Below, one piece after another: positions 52,619-62,763 of a stretch of 64,000 bases of DNA. The stretch's first letter is position 1. Every line of letters begins with the position of its first letter. The position numbers were made by a program, and so were the translations under genes. Below the pieces are notes generated by a model, which was not told the DNA's origin, searched no databases, and saw only the letters and a list, made by a program, of their open reading frames with translations. The DNA comes from an uncultured Thermus sp. (GTDB taxonomy: Bacteria; Deinococcota; Deinococci; Deinococcales; Thermaceae). The stretch spans positions 1-64,000 of the forward strand of contig CAMTVD010000022.1 in the NCBI GenBank assembly GCA_947085095.1, written 5' to 3'.

Positions 52619-54109
52619 ATGTGGGCGCTCCTTTCCGTTTCCGACAAGAGGGGGCTTCTCCCCTTTGCGGAAGGGCTGTTGCGGCTTGGGTTCCGCCTTT
52701 TGGCCACCGGGGGCACGCACCAGGCCTTGAAGGAGGCGGGGCTTCCCGTCACCTACATCTCCGACTTCACCGGCTTCCCCGAGGTCCTTGCGGGCCGGGT
52801 CAAGACCCTCCACCCCAAGGTCCACGCCGCCCTTCTGGCCCGGCCGGACCAGGAGGCGGAACTCAAGGACCTGGGGTTTGAGCGCATCGGGGTTTTGGCG
52901 GTGAACCTCTACCCCTTCCGGGAGACCGTGGCCCGGGGGGCCTCCTGGGAGGAGGCTTTGGAGCAGATTGACATCGGGGGGCCCGCCATGCTGCGGGCCG
53001 CCGCCAAGAACCACCAGGCCGTCCTGCCCGTCTGCGACCCCGGGGACTACGGGAAGGTTCTGGAGGCCTTGGAGAAGGGTCCCACCCCGGAGTTCCGAAA
53101 GGAACTGGCCCGCAAGGCCTTCGCCCACACGGCGGCCTACGACGCCGCCATCGCCGAGTGGCTTTCCGGGGAGAAGTTCCCCGAGGACAAGTTCCTGGCC
53201 CTGAAGCGCGTGTCTCCCCTCCGCTACGGGGAGAACCCCCACCAGGAGGCGGCCCTCTACGGGGTGGCGGGGGAGGAGGGACCCCTTCTTAGGGCCCAGG
53301 TCCTCCAGGGGAAGGCCATGAGCTTCAACAACTACCTGGACGCGGAGGCCGCCTGGAACCTGGTCTCCGAGTTCGCCGAGCCCGCCTGCGTGGCCGTGAA
53401 GCACCAGAACCCCTGCGGCGTGGCCCTGGGCCGGGATGCCCTCGAGGCTTACCAGGGGGCCTACGAGGCCGACCCCGTCTCCATCTTCGGAGGGATCGTG
53501 GCCTTCAACCGCCCGGTGGACGGCCCCACCGCCATGGCCATGCGGGAGGTCTTTTTGGAGGTGGTCCTGGCCCCGGACTTCACGGAGGAGGCCCTGGCCG
53601 CCTTTGCCAAGAAGAAAAGCCTGAGGCTCCTTCGGGTGCCCCACCCCGCCCAGGGGCCCTACCTGGACCTGCGGCGGCTTCGGGGGGGGCTCCTCCTCCA
53701 GGATGCGGACACCTCGGACCCGGTGGAGCCCAGGGTGGTCACGGGGAGGGCCCCCACGGAGGCCGAGTGGAATGACCTCTGGTTCGCCTGGAAGGTGGTG
53801 AAGCACGTGCGCTCCAACGCCATCGTGGTGGCCAAGGGGGGGAAGACGCTGGGGATCGGGGTGGGGCAGACCAACCGCTTTGCCGCCGCCAAGCATGCCC
53901 TGAAAACGGCCAAGGAGAAGGCCCGGGGAGCGGTGCTGGCCTCGGACGCCTTCTTCCCCTTTGACGACGTGGTGCGCCTAGCGGCGGACTTCGGCATCGC
54001 CGCCATCATCCAGCCCGGGGGGAGCGTGCGGGACGAGGACTCCATCAAGGCCGCCGACGAGCTCGGCCTGGCCATGGTCTTCACCGGCGTGCGGCACTTC
54101 CGTCACTAG
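52619..54109 (+). CDS. purH: Bifunctional AICAR formyltransferase / IMP cyclohydrolase
   Basis: SVSDK, GRVKTLHP, RYGENPHQ, GVRHFRH. Confidence 0.98.
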   Translation: MWALLSVSDKRGLLPFAEGLLRLGFRLLATGGTHQALKEAGLPVTYISDFTGFPEVLAGRVKTLHPKVHAALLARPDQEAELKDLGFERIGVLAVNLYPFRETVARGASWEEALEQIDIGGPAMLRAAAKNHQAVLPVCDPGDYGKVLEALEKGPTPEFRKELARKAFAHTAAYDAAIAEWLSGEKFPEDKFLALKRVSPLRYGENPHQEAALYGVAGEEGPLLRAQVLQGKAMSFNNYLDAEAAWNLVSEFAEPACVAVKHQNPCGVALGRDALEAYQGAYEADPVSIFGGIVAFNRPVDGPTAMAMREVFLEVVLAPDFTEEALAAFAKKKSLRLLRVPHPAQGPYLDLRRLRGGLLLQDADTSDPVEPRVVTGRAPTEAEWNDLWFAWKVVKHVRSNAIVVAKGGKTLGIGVGQTNRFAAAKHALKTAKEKARGAVLASDAFFPFDDVVRLAADFGIAAIIQPGGSVRDEDSIKAADELGLAMVFTGVRHFRH

Positions 54110-55133
54110 CAAGTTTTCCCGCCTCCCGAAGCCGCCTCGCTGCCTCCTTGAAGCCCACCAGCTTCCGGGTTTCCTCGTCGTGGAGGTGCATGTCGGCGAA
54201 GGCGATCTTGAAGGCGTCCTTCAGGGTGACCGTGGGGGCCACCTTCACCAGGTCCACCTCCTCCTGCACCTTGGGCAGGTGGTAGTTGGGGATCTTGGGG
54301 GCCAGGTGGTGGATGTGGTGGAAGCCGATGTTGCCCGTGAGCCACTGCAGGACCTTGGGGAGCTTCAGGTAGGTGCTCCCCTCCATGGCCGCCTTCAGGT
54401 ACTCCCAGCGGGGGTCGTGCTCCCAGTAGGCGTCCTCAAACTGGTGCTGGACGTAGAAAAGGAAGATGCCCACCATGCCGGCGAAGTACTGGATGGGCAG
54501 GTAGACCAAGAGGAGGGTCTTCAGGCCGAAGGCCAGGTAGATGCCCGCCCAGAGGAGGACCAAAAAGAGGTTGGTGAGGGCCACGGAGTTGCGCACCGAG
54601 GGCTTGTCCGCCCCGTAGCCCAAGGGCAGGCGGTAGGAGAGCATGAAGACGTAGATGGGCCCGAGGAAGAACATGACGAAGGGGTTGCGGTAGATGCGGT
54701 AGGTGAAGCGCTGCCAGGGGCTGGCCTTCAGGTACTCCTCCAGGGTCATGGTGTAGATGTCCCCCACCCCCCGCTTGTCCAGGTTGCCGCTGGTGGCGTG
54801 GTGCCGGGCGTGGGAGAGCTGCCAGTGGTGGTAGGGCACCAGGGTCAGGACCCCGGTGAAGAAGCCCAGGAGGTCGTTCATCCACTTCTTGGGAAAGAAG
54901 GAGCCGTGCCCGGCATCGTGTTGCAGGATGAAAAGCCTGACCAGGAAGAGGGCGGCCACGAAGTCCAGGGCCAGGGTGAGGAGGAGGGAGTAGGAGAGGG
55001 AAAGGTGGGCCAGGTAGAAGAGGCCCAAAAGGGGCAGGAGGGTGTCCGCCACCTGGCGGAGGCTTCGGAGGGTATTGGGTTTGGCGTAGGGTTTGATGAG
55101 GGGGATCCAGTCCTTGGGTTCTACTTTGTTCAT
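54106..55133 (-). CDS. Membrane fatty-acid desaturase (Bacillus Des-like)
   Basis: His boxes HDAGH, HARHH, HHIHH; YVQH. Confidence 0.92.
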
Positions 55134-55361
55134 CTTCACCACGCGCTTTTTAGGAGCGCAACTTATTGTAGGCCTTTTTGAATGAAACACATGAGAGGCG
55201 GGACCGCGGACCTACCCACGATCCCAAGGAGCACGCCGCCCTGATTGAGCTGGATGGGGAAATCGCCACCTTGCGGGGTTTCCGCTTCTACCGGGTCCGG
55301 GCGGGAAAGGGAATCCAGGTGAAGAGGTGGGGGAAGCCCTGGGCCTGGCGGTGCCGACGCC

Positions 55362-55820
55362 CTAGCGGGGCTTAAGGCGGTCTTCCGAGTCCAGGATGAG
55401 GGTTACGGGGCCGTCGTTCACCAGGTGGACCCGCATGTGGGCCCCGTAGACCCCGGTTTCCACGTGCACGCCTTGGGCCAGAAAGGCCTCGAGGGCCGCC
55501 TCGTAGAGGCGCCTGCCCAGGTCCGGGGGGGCGGCCTGGAGGAAGGAGGGGCGGTTGCCCTTGCGGGTGTCGGCGTAAAGGGTGAACTGGCTCACCAGGA
55601 GCACCTCCCCCCCCACCTCCTTCAGGGAGAGGTTCATCTTCCCCTCCTCGTCGGGGAAGATGCGCAGCTGGGCGATTTTCCGGGCCAGGTAAAGGGCATC
55701 CTCCCGGGTGTCCTTTTGCCCCACCCCCAGGAGGACCAAAAGCCCCAGGCCGATTCGGCCCACCTCCTCCCCTCCCACCTCCACGAAGGCCCCGGCCACC
55801 CTCTGGACCACCGCCCGCAC
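55362..55820 (-). CDS. dtd: D-aminoacyl-tRNA deacylase
   Basis: SQFTL, NDGPVT. Confidence 0.97.
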   Translation of the reverse strand: MRAVVQRVAGAFVEVGGEEVGRIGLGLLVLLGVGQKDTREDALYLARKIAQLRIFPDEEGKMNLSLKEVGGEVLLVSQFTLYADTRKGNRPSFLQAAPPDLGRRLYEAALEAFLAQGVHVETGVYGAHMRVHLVNDGPVTLILDSEDRLKPR

Positions 55821-55823
55821 CCC

Positions 55824-56666
55824 TCACCTCCGAGGACCGGCGAAGAAGGCGATGGTGCCGGGGCCGGTGTGCACGCTCACCGCCGCCCCGGCCTGCAGGG
55901 TGGAGAGGATCTGCACCCCCTCGGCTCTAAGGAGCTCCCCCAGGGCCCTGGCCCCCTCGGGGTTGGCCGCGTGGGCCAGGTGGACCAGGGCCCCCTCGGG
56001 GAAGTCCTTGCGGAAGAGCTCCACCATCTTGTGCATCCCTTCGCTGAAGCCCCGCACCTTGGGCCCCGCCTCCACCTGGCCCCTTTTCACCAAGAGGACC
56101 GGGAGGATGCGCAGGAGGCTACCCACGAAGCGCTGGAGCCCCCCGATCCGGCCTGAGCGGTGGAGGTAGGTGAGGGTCTTGGGGAGGACGTAGCCCAAGA
56201 CCCGCTCCCGGTAAGGGGCCACCGCCGCCTCCAGGCGCTCCCAGGCCACCCCTTGTTGGAGGAGGCGGCGGGCCTCCTCGAGGACCAGCCAAAGCCCCCC
56301 ATTCACGGACCAGGAGTCCAGCACCTTGACCCTTTCCCCGTACTCCTGGGCCACGGCCTCGGCGGTGGCCACGGTGCCGGAGAGCTTCCCCGAAACGTGC
56401 ACGGAGAGCACCCGGTCGTGGTCCTCTAGGAGCTTCTCGTAGGTGGCCCTGAGGTCCCCGGGGGCCACCTGGCTGGTGGAGAGCTTCTCCCCCTTGGCCA
56501 AAAGGGCCAGGACCTCCTCGGGGGTGATCTCCAGAAGGTCCCGGTAGCTCTTTCCCCCGTGGATCACCTGCTGGGGCACCAGGTGGATGCCGTGCTCCAG
56601 GGCCTCCTCTGGGGAAAGCCCTAAGGTGGAGTCGGCGACGAAAGCGGTCTTAGAGGCTGTAGGCAT
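55824..56666 (-). CDS. DegV family fatty-acid-binding protein
   Basis: DST, STSQ, SGKLSGT, HTGPG. Confidence 0.93.
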   Translation of the reverse strand: MPTASKTAFVADSTLGLSPEEALEHGIHLVPQQVIHGGKSYRDLLEITPEEVLALLAKGEKLSTSQVAPGDLRATYEKLLEDHDRVLSVHVSGKLSGTVATAEAVAQEYGERVKVLDSWSVNGGLWLVLEEARRLLQQGVAWERLEAAVAPYRERVLGYVLPKTLTYLHRSGRIGGLQRFVGSLLRILPVLLVKRGQVEAGPKVRGFSEGMHKMVELFRKDFPEGALVHLAHAANPEGARALGELLRAEGVQILSTLQAGAAVSVHTGPGTIAFFAGPRR

Positions 56667-57492
56667 AAAACCCGTAGGTGCCGGGGCCGGTGTGGCTGGC
56701 GATCACCGCCCCCAGCTCGCTCACCAGGGCCTCCTCCACGGGAAGCCCCGAGGCCAGGACCATCTCCCTAAGCTCCCGCACCGCCTCTTCCTCCCCGCTG
56801 AAGAGGAAAAAGGCCCGGATGCGCCCTCTTCCCGCTGCCCAGGTGCGGAAGTCCTTGGCGATCTCTTCCCGGGCCTTCTTCTCCCCCCGGGCCCGGCCAG
56901 CGGTCTCCACCCGGCCCTCCTTCAGGGTGAGGATGGGCTTGATGTTGAGGAGGGTGCCGAGGAGGGCCTGGGCACCCCCGATGCGCCCGCCCCGCTTCAG
57001 GAACTCCAGGGTGGCCACGGTGAAGCGCACGAAGTGGTCGTCGCGGATGCGCTCCAGCTCCTTGAGGACCTCGGCCAGGCCCTGCCCCTGCTCCAGGAGC
57101 TCGTGGGCCCTCAGGACCATCATGCCAATGCCCAGGGAGGCGGCCTGGGAGTCAAAGACCGTGACCCGTCCCCCAAAGCCTTCCGCCGCCAGCAGGGCGG
57201 ACTGGACCGTACCCGAGAGCTTGGAGGAGATGTGGATGGAAAGGACGTGGTCTGCCTCCTTCAGGACCTCCCCGTACACCCTGGTGAAGTCCTCAGGGGA
57301 GGGTTGGCTGGTGGTGGGGAAGGCCTCCCCCGACCGCACCTTCTGGAAAATCTCCGTAGGGGTGATCTCCTCCCAGTCCCGGTAGACCTTGCCTCCCAGG
57401 TTCACGTAAAGGGGGACCACCCGCACCGAGAGGCGCTCCCTCAGGGGCTTGGGCAGGTCGGCGGTAGAGTCGGTTACCAAGGCTACTTTCAT
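56650..57492 (-). CDS. DegV family fatty-acid-binding protein
   Basis: TDSTADL, TTSQPS, GGRIG, HTGPG. Confidence 0.95.
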   Translation of the reverse strand: MKVALVTDSTADLPKPLRERLSVRVVPLYVNLGGKVYRDWEEITPTEIFQKVRSGEAFPTTSQPSPEDFTRVYGEVLKEADHVLSIHISSKLSGTVQSALLAAEGFGGRVTVFDSQAASLGIGMMVLRAHELLEQGQGLAEVLKELERIRDDHFVRFTVATLEFLKRGGRIGGAQALLGTLLNIKPILTLKEGRVETAGRARGEKKAREEIAKDFRTWAAGRGRIRAFFLFSGEEEAVRELREMVLASGLPVEEALVSELGAVIASHTGPGTYGFYAYSL

Positions 57493-57592
57493 AAGCCCTC
57501 CTTTTGGTCTGGACTAGGATACCACAAGGCCCCGGTGTAGTGTACGGGCCGCCTTGCCGCAAGGGCTTTTCCCGTGCTAGGGTCAAGGGTAT

Positions 57593-59158
57593 ATGTGGCG
57601 GGTGCTCGTTTCCGATGACATGCGCCTGGGGGATGTGAGGTACCCCGGGGTCCTCCTGGACTACCGCCCGGGGATCGGCCGGGAAGAGCTTTTGCAGGTC
57701 ATCCCCGCCTACGATGCCCTCATCACCCGGAGCCGCACCCAGGTGGATGCGGAGCTTCTAAAGAAGGGCAGGCGCCTCAAGGTGGTGGGCCGGGGTGGGG
57801 TGGGGGTGGACAACGTGGACCTCGAGGCCGCAAGCCGCCTGGGCATCCTGGTGGTCAACGTGCCCGAGGCCAACACCCGCTCCGCCGCCGAGCTCGCCTT
57901 CGGCCTCCTCCTCTCGGCCGCCCGGGGCATCGCCCTTTCCGACCGCAAGATCCGTGCCGGGGAGTGGGACCGCAAGTTCCTGGGCGTGGAGCTCAAGGGC
58001 AAGACCCTGGGCATCGTGGGCCTGGGGCGGATCGGCGGCCAGGTGGCCCGCTTCGCCAAGGGGTTTGAGATGCGGGTCCTGGCCTACGACCCTTACATCC
58101 CCCGGACCCGGGCACAGAGCCTGGGGGTGGAGCTTCTGGAGCAGCTGGAAGACCTCCTGCGCCAGAGCCACTTCCTCAGCGTGCACACCCCCCTCACCGA
58201 GGAAACCCGGGGGATGATCGGCCGCCGGGAGCTCTACCTCCTTCCCCGGGGGGCGGTGGTGGTGAACGCCGCCCGGGGCGGGATCGTGGACGAGAGGGCC
58301 CTTCTGGAGGTCCTGGAGGAGGGCCACCTCTTCGCCGCAGGCCTGGACGTCTTCACGGTGGAGCCCCCGCCCAAGGACCACCCCCTCCTCCACCATCCCC
58401 GGGTGGTCCTCACCGCCCACCTGGGGGCCAACACCCTGGAAGCCCAGGAGCGGGTGGGGGAGGCCATCCTGGAGAGGGTGGTGCGCACCCTGGAGGGGGA
58501 CCTCTCCTACGCCCTGAACACCGGCTTTGACCCCGAGGCCCTCGAGGCCCTAAAAGGGTTTTTGCCCCTGGGGGAGGCCTTGGGCAAGCTCCTGGCCCAG
58601 ATCACCCGGGGAAGGCCCCAGGTGCTGGAGGTGGGCTTTTTGGGCCAGTACGAGAAGGACCCCGAGCCCGTGGCCAGCGCAGTGGCCAAGGGCTTCCTCT
58701 CCCGGGTCCTGGGCCAGGAGGCGGTGAACCTGGTCTCCGCCCGGCCCCTCTTGAAGGACCGGGGCATAAGGCTCATCACCCACAGGCAGGAGGAGGCGGG
58801 GGAGTACACCCGGCTTCTGGAGGTGCGCCTCACCACCGACCAGGAGACCCGCCGGGCCCGGGGGGTGGTCATCGGGAGCAAGCCCCGGTTGGTGGGCATT
58901 GACGACTACGCTCTGGAGGTGGTGCCCGAGGGGTACATGCTGGTCTGCGTCAACTACGACCGCCCGGGGGTGGTGGGCCAGGTGGGGACCCTTCTGGGCG
59001 AGGCCGGGGTCAACATCGCCGGGATGCAGCTGGGGCGGGACGTGCCCGGGGGGCGGGCCCTTTTCGTCCTCACCGTGGACCAGAAGCCCAGCCCCGAGGT
59101 GGTGGAGGCCCTAAGGGCCCTCCCCGTCTTGGAGCGGGTGGACCTGGCCGAGCTTTAG
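57593..59158 (+). CDS. serA: D-3-phosphoglycerate dehydrogenase
   Basis: GVGVDNVD, GLGRIG, NAARGG, C-terminal ACT domain. Confidence 0.96.
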   Translation: MWRVLVSDDMRLGDVRYPGVLLDYRPGIGREELLQVIPAYDALITRSRTQVDAELLKKGRRLKVVGRGGVGVDNVDLEAASRLGILVVNVPEANTRSAAELAFGLLLSAARGIALSDRKIRAGEWDRKFLGVELKGKTLGIVGLGRIGGQVARFAKGFEMRVLAYDPYIPRTRAQSLGVELLEQLEDLLRQSHFLSVHTPLTEETRGMIGRRELYLLPRGAVVVNAARGGIVDERALLEVLEEGHLFAAGLDVFTVEPPPKDHPLLHHPRVVLTAHLGANTLEAQERVGEAILERVVRTLEGDLSYALNTGFDPEALEALKGFLPLGEALGKLLAQITRGRPQVLEVGFLGQYEKDPEPVASAVAKGFLSRVLGQEAVNLVSARPLLKDRGIRLITHRQEEAGEYTRLLEVRLTTDQETRRARGVVIGSKPRLVGIDDYALEVVPEGYMLVCVNYDRPGVVGQVGTLLGEAGVNIAGMQLGRDVPGGRALFVLTVDQKPSPEVVEALRALPVLERVDLAEL

Positions 59159-59182
59159 GGGGAGGCCGGCCTCCCCCTTTTT
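59157..59182 (+). terminator. Intrinsic terminator after serA
   Basis: GGGGGAGG-CCGG-CCTCCCCC followed by TTTTT. Confidence 0.8.
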
Positions 59183-59192
59183 GGTCCAAAAG

Positions 59193-59227
59193 TTCAGACT
59201 TGACAGAACAAATGGAACACTTAAAAT
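59193..59227 (+). promoter_or_regulatory. Promoter TTGACA-N16-TAAAAT with overlapping imperfect palindrome TTCAG-N6-CAGAA
   Basis: -10 lies 6 nt before GTG 59234 (leaderless arrangement). Confidence 0.65.
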
Positions 59228-59233
59228 GAGGAC

Positions 59234-59677
59234 GTGGGCTCTCCCTTGAAGGCCTGGGTAGAGGAGACCGCCCTCCTCTTTGAGGGGGTGGGCCTTCCCC
59301 GGATGGCGGGCCGGGTGCTGGCCTGGCTCCTGGTGGCCGACCCGCCGGAGCAGACCCTTCGGGAGATGGGGGAGGCGCTGGGGGTCAGCAAGGGCGCTCT
59401 GAGCCCGGCCCTGCACCTCCTCCTCCGCCTGGGCCTGGTGGAACGGGTCCGCAGGTCCGGGGAGCGCTCCGACCGGTATTTGGTGCGGCCCGGGGCTTGG
59501 AAAAGGCTCCTCATGGAGAAGGCCAGGGCCATGGGCCTCTACCGGGAGGCGGCGGAAAAGGGGCTCGCCCTTCTCCCTCCGGAAAAGGGGGAGCGGCTAA
59601 GGGAGATGCACCGCCTCTACGCCTTTTTTGAGAAGGCCCTTCCCGAGCTTTTGCGGCGCTACGAGGAGGAAGTATGA
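59234..59677 (+). CDS. GbsR/MarR family transcriptional regulator
   Basis: GLPRMAGRVLAWLL, wHTH LGVSKGALS. Confidence 0.9.
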   Translation: MGSPLKAWVEETALLFEGVGLPRMAGRVLAWLLVADPPEQTLREMGEALGVSKGALSPALHLLLRLGLVERVRRSGERSDRYLVRPGAWKRLLMEKARAMGLYREAAEKGLALLPPEKGERLREMHRLYAFFEKALPELLRRYEEEV

Positions 59678-60858
59678 CCCTCTTGCGTCTCGCTTGGCGG
59701 AACGTGCTGCGCCAGAGACGGCGCACCGCCTTGCTCTCCTTGGTGGTGATTTACGTCACTGTGGCTATCCTCTTCATGCTGGGTTTTCTGGACGGCTACG
59801 GGGAGAGCCTGGTGGAAAGCTACGCCGAGTACGTGGAAGCCCCGGTGGTGGTGGCTCCTCTGGCCTGGTGGGAGGACCCTGATCCAGAAAACGGCTTTAG
59901 CGCCCTTCCCCAGGTGGACCACCCCAGGGTTCTGGCCAGGACCCCCAGGCTTTCCCTCTACGCCCTCCTCCGCTCCCCCTATAGGGCCCAGGGGGGTGTG
60001 GTCTTGGGCGTGGACCCGGAAGGCGAAAAGGCTCTCTCCCGGGTACCTTTCAAGGTGGCGGAGGGGCGCTGGCTAGCGGCTCCTGGGGAGGTGGTCTTGG
60101 GCTACCGCCTGGCCCAGCGCCTGGACCTGAAGGTGGGGGAGAGGCTGGTGGTGGAAACGGGGAAGGGGGCCTTGGGCCTCACCGTGGTGGGCCTCGTGAA
60201 GGCAGGGGTTTCCAACGTGGACTTCGCTGGCGTCTACCTCCACCTCCAGGATGCCCAGGCCCTCACCGGGGTTTTGGCCACCCACCTGGCCTTGAAGGTG
60301 CAAAGGGGCCAGGAGGAGGCGGTGGCCCGGGAGCTGAACAAGACGCTTCGCCAGGGGCTAGAGGCCCGGGGGGTCTGGAGCCTTATGGGCCCCATCCGGG
60401 CGGACTACGAGGGAAGCCGCCTCTTCCTGCTGCCCCTCCTGGCCCTCTTCCTCCTTTTAGCGGCCTTGGCCGTGGTGAGCACCGCCTACGTGAGCGTGCG
60501 GGAGAGGCTCAAGGAGTTCGCCGTGGCCGAGAGCCTGGGCCTCACCCCGGGAAAGCTTGCGCTCCAGGTGGCCCTCGAGGCCGCCATAGCCAGCGGCCTC
60601 GGTTTCCTCCTGGGCCTCCTCTTGGGCTACGCCCTCCTCCTGTACACCGCCACTCACGACGTCTTCGGTCCCCTCATGCGCCTTTCCGTGGAGCTCCTCC
60701 CCGAGGCGGGCCTGGCCGAGCACCTGTACACCTCGGTGCGGCCAAGTTACGCCTTCTTCGCCGCCTTGGTGGTGCTCCTCTCTGCCCTCCTGGCCTTCCT
60801 TTTCCCCGGGCGGCTCCTGCTCAGGTTGGAGGTTTCCCGCTACCTAAAGGAGGCTTGA
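59674..60858 (+). CDS. MacB/FtsX/LolE-like ABC permease
   Basis: LAWRNVLRQRRRT, periplasmic domain, ERLKEF. Confidence 0.9.
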   Translation: MTLLRLAWRNVLRQRRRTALLSLVVIYVTVAILFMLGFLDGYGESLVESYAEYVEAPVVVAPLAWWEDPDPENGFSALPQVDHPRVLARTPRLSLYALLRSPYRAQGGVVLGVDPEGEKALSRVPFKVAEGRWLAAPGEVVLGYRLAQRLDLKVGERLVVETGKGALGLTVVGLVKAGVSNVDFAGVYLHLQDAQALTGVLATHLALKVQRGQEEAVARELNKTLRQGLEARGVWSLMGPIRADYEGSRLFLLPLLALFLLLAALAVVSTAYVSVRERLKEFAVAESLGLTPGKLALQVALEAAIASGLGFLLGLLLGYALLLYTATHDVFGPLMRLSVELLPEAGLAEHLYTSVRPSYAFFAALVVLLSALLAFLFPGRLLLRLEVSRYLKEA

Positions 60859-60859
60859 G

Positions 60860-61555
60860 ATGCCGAGAACCCTCTCCCTGGTCCTTTTCCTCCTAGCCCT
60901 GGCCCTGGCCCAGACCCCTTTGGATAAGCTAAAGGCCGCCCTGGACCGCCTGCGGGGCCCGGCCCACCAGGCGGTGTACCTTATCCGGGTGGAGCGGCCA
61001 GGCTCGGAGAAGGTTTACCGCCTCAAGGTCTACGCTGATGGGGAGCGGGCCCACCTCCGGGTGCTGGAGCCTAAGGCGGAGGTCGGGCAGGCCTACCTTT
61101 CCTTGGGGCAGGACCTCTACCTCTACGACCCCCGCCTGGGCCGCACCCTGCGCCTACCCCCCTCGGGGCGGGGCGAGCGCTTTCTGGGTTCGGACCTCAC
61201 GTACCAGGACCTGATGGGCCGGGACCTGGAGGAGCAGTTCCAGGTGGTGGAGGAGAAGGGGGTCCTCCTCCTCACCCCAAAGCCTGGGGCCCCCACCCCC
61301 TATGGGAGGGTGGAGGTCCACCTGAGGGAGGGGCTCGTGGAGCGGGTGGTCTACTACGACCAAAGGGGCCAGGCGGTGCGGGAGCTTCTCCTCAAGGGGT
61401 ACCAGCGCCTGGAGGGGGTCTACCTGCCCCGGGCCATGGAGCTACGGGACCTCCTCCGGACGGGGTATCGGACCCTGGTGGAGGTCCTCGAGGTCCGGGT
61501 GGGCCCCGTGCCTGAGCGCTGCTTCAACCCCCTGTACCTGGAAAGGGGGTGTTAG
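60860..61555 (+). CDS. LolA-like outer-membrane lipoprotein-sorting protein
   Basis: Signal peptide; FLGSDLTYQDL motif. Confidence 0.85.
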   Translation: MPRTLSLVLFLLALALAQTPLDKLKAALDRLRGPAHQAVYLIRVERPGSEKVYRLKVYADGERAHLRVLEPKAEVGQAYLSLGQDLYLYDPRLGRTLRLPPSGRGERFLGSDLTYQDLMGRDLEEQFQVVEEKGVLLLTPKPGAPTPYGRVEVHLREGLVERVVYYDQRGQAVRELLLKGYQRLEGVYLPRAMELRDLLRTGYRTLVEVLEVRVGPVPERCFNPLYLERGC

Positions 61556-61556
61556 G

Positions 61557-62753
61557 TTGCTCAGGATGGCCTGGCGGAACCTCTTCCGCGCCCCCGGGCG
61601 GAACCTGACCACGGGGGGCGTGGTGGCCCTGGTGGTCTTCCTCTCCTTGGTTTTCCTCTCCCTCTATGGAGGGGCCATGGACGCCTTTTTCCGGCTCCTC
61701 CTGGAGCGCACGGGCCAGCTGGTGGTGCGGGTGGAGGGGTACGGGGAAAAGGAGGACCTGGAGAGCCTGGCCTTCCTTCCCCCGGCCCTGGAGCTTCCTC
61801 CTGGGGCCTGGGCGGAGGGGGTTTTGGAGGGGGCGGCCCTCCTCATCGCCGGGGAGCGGAGCCGCCCGGTCCTCCTCACGGGCCTGGAGGCCCAGGGCTT
61901 CGCCCGACACCAGAGGTTCTTGGCGGCCGGGAGGCTTCCCGCAGCCGCTGGAGAGGCCCTTCTCGGGGAGGCCCTGGCCCGGGCCCTCCAGGTGGGCCTT
62001 GGGGAGGAGGTGGTGGCCTACGCCCCGGGGGGGATGGGTCTCGGGGTGTACGCCTTCCGGGTGGTGGGGCTTTTGGACCTACCGGAGACCCTTTTGGAGG
62101 CCCGCACCCTCCTGGTGCCCCTGGAGGATGCCCAGGCCCTCCTCTTCCCCGGGCGGGTGACCCGGCTGGAGGTGCGGCTTTCCGGGGTGGGGCTTTACGA
62201 GACCGCACCCTTGGAAGCCCTGAAGGAGGAGCTCGCCTCCCGCCTCCCCGGCCTGGCGGTGGAAACCTGGCTGGAGGCCAACCCCGCCTACGCCGCCGTC
62301 CTCCCCCTTTACGACCTGGTGATGGCGGTCTACGTGGGCTTCTTCTTCCTCCTCGGGGGCCTGATCCTGCTCAACGCCCTCTACCTCTCGCTGGTGGAGC
62401 GGGTGCGGGAGTTTGGCCTCCTCCACGCCCTGGGCCTCACCGGGGGGCGGGTGGTGGGCCTGGTGCTCTGGGAGAGCCTCTTCCTGGTGGGGGCGGCGAC
62501 CCTGGTGGGTCTGGGCTTGGGCCTTCTCGTCCACCTGGAGATGGCGGACGGCTTCCGCCTGCCCTTGCCGGACTGGGTTTTGGAGCAGTATCGGGAGTTT
62601 GGCCTTCCGGAGGTCCTCTATGGGCGGCTTGGGGCGAAGGAGGTCCTCCTCACCCTGGGCTACGCCTTCGGGGTAGCCCTCTTGGCGGCTCTCTGGCCCG
62701 CCTGGGTGGCCTCGAGGCTGGAGGCGGTGGAGGCCATGCGCTACGTGCCCTGA
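61557..62753 (+). CDS. MacB/FtsX/LolE-like ABC permease
   Basis: MAWRNLFR, ERVREFGLLHALG, LEAVEAMR. Confidence 0.9.
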   Translation: MLRMAWRNLFRAPGRNLTTGGVVALVVFLSLVFLSLYGGAMDAFFRLLLERTGQLVVRVEGYGEKEDLESLAFLPPALELPPGAWAEGVLEGAALLIAGERSRPVLLTGLEAQGFARHQRFLAAGRLPAAAGEALLGEALARALQVGLGEEVVAYAPGGMGLGVYAFRVVGLLDLPETLLEARTLLVPLEDAQALLFPGRVTRLEVRLSGVGLYETAPLEALKEELASRLPGLAVETWLEANPAYAAVLPLYDLVMAVYVGFFFLLGGLILLNALYLSLVERVREFGLLHALGLTGGRVVGLVLWESLFLVGAATLVGLGLGLLVHLEMADGFRLPLPDWVLEQYREFGLPEVLYGRLGAKEVLLTLGYAFGVALLAALWPAWVASRLEAVEAMRYVP

Positions 62754-62763
62754 AGGAGGGGGT

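Noticed and set aside
55178..55375. 65-aa ORF between the desaturase and dtd
   Set aside because: No RBS, no recognisable motif and atypical codon usage; possibly a gene remnant, not supportable as a CDS.
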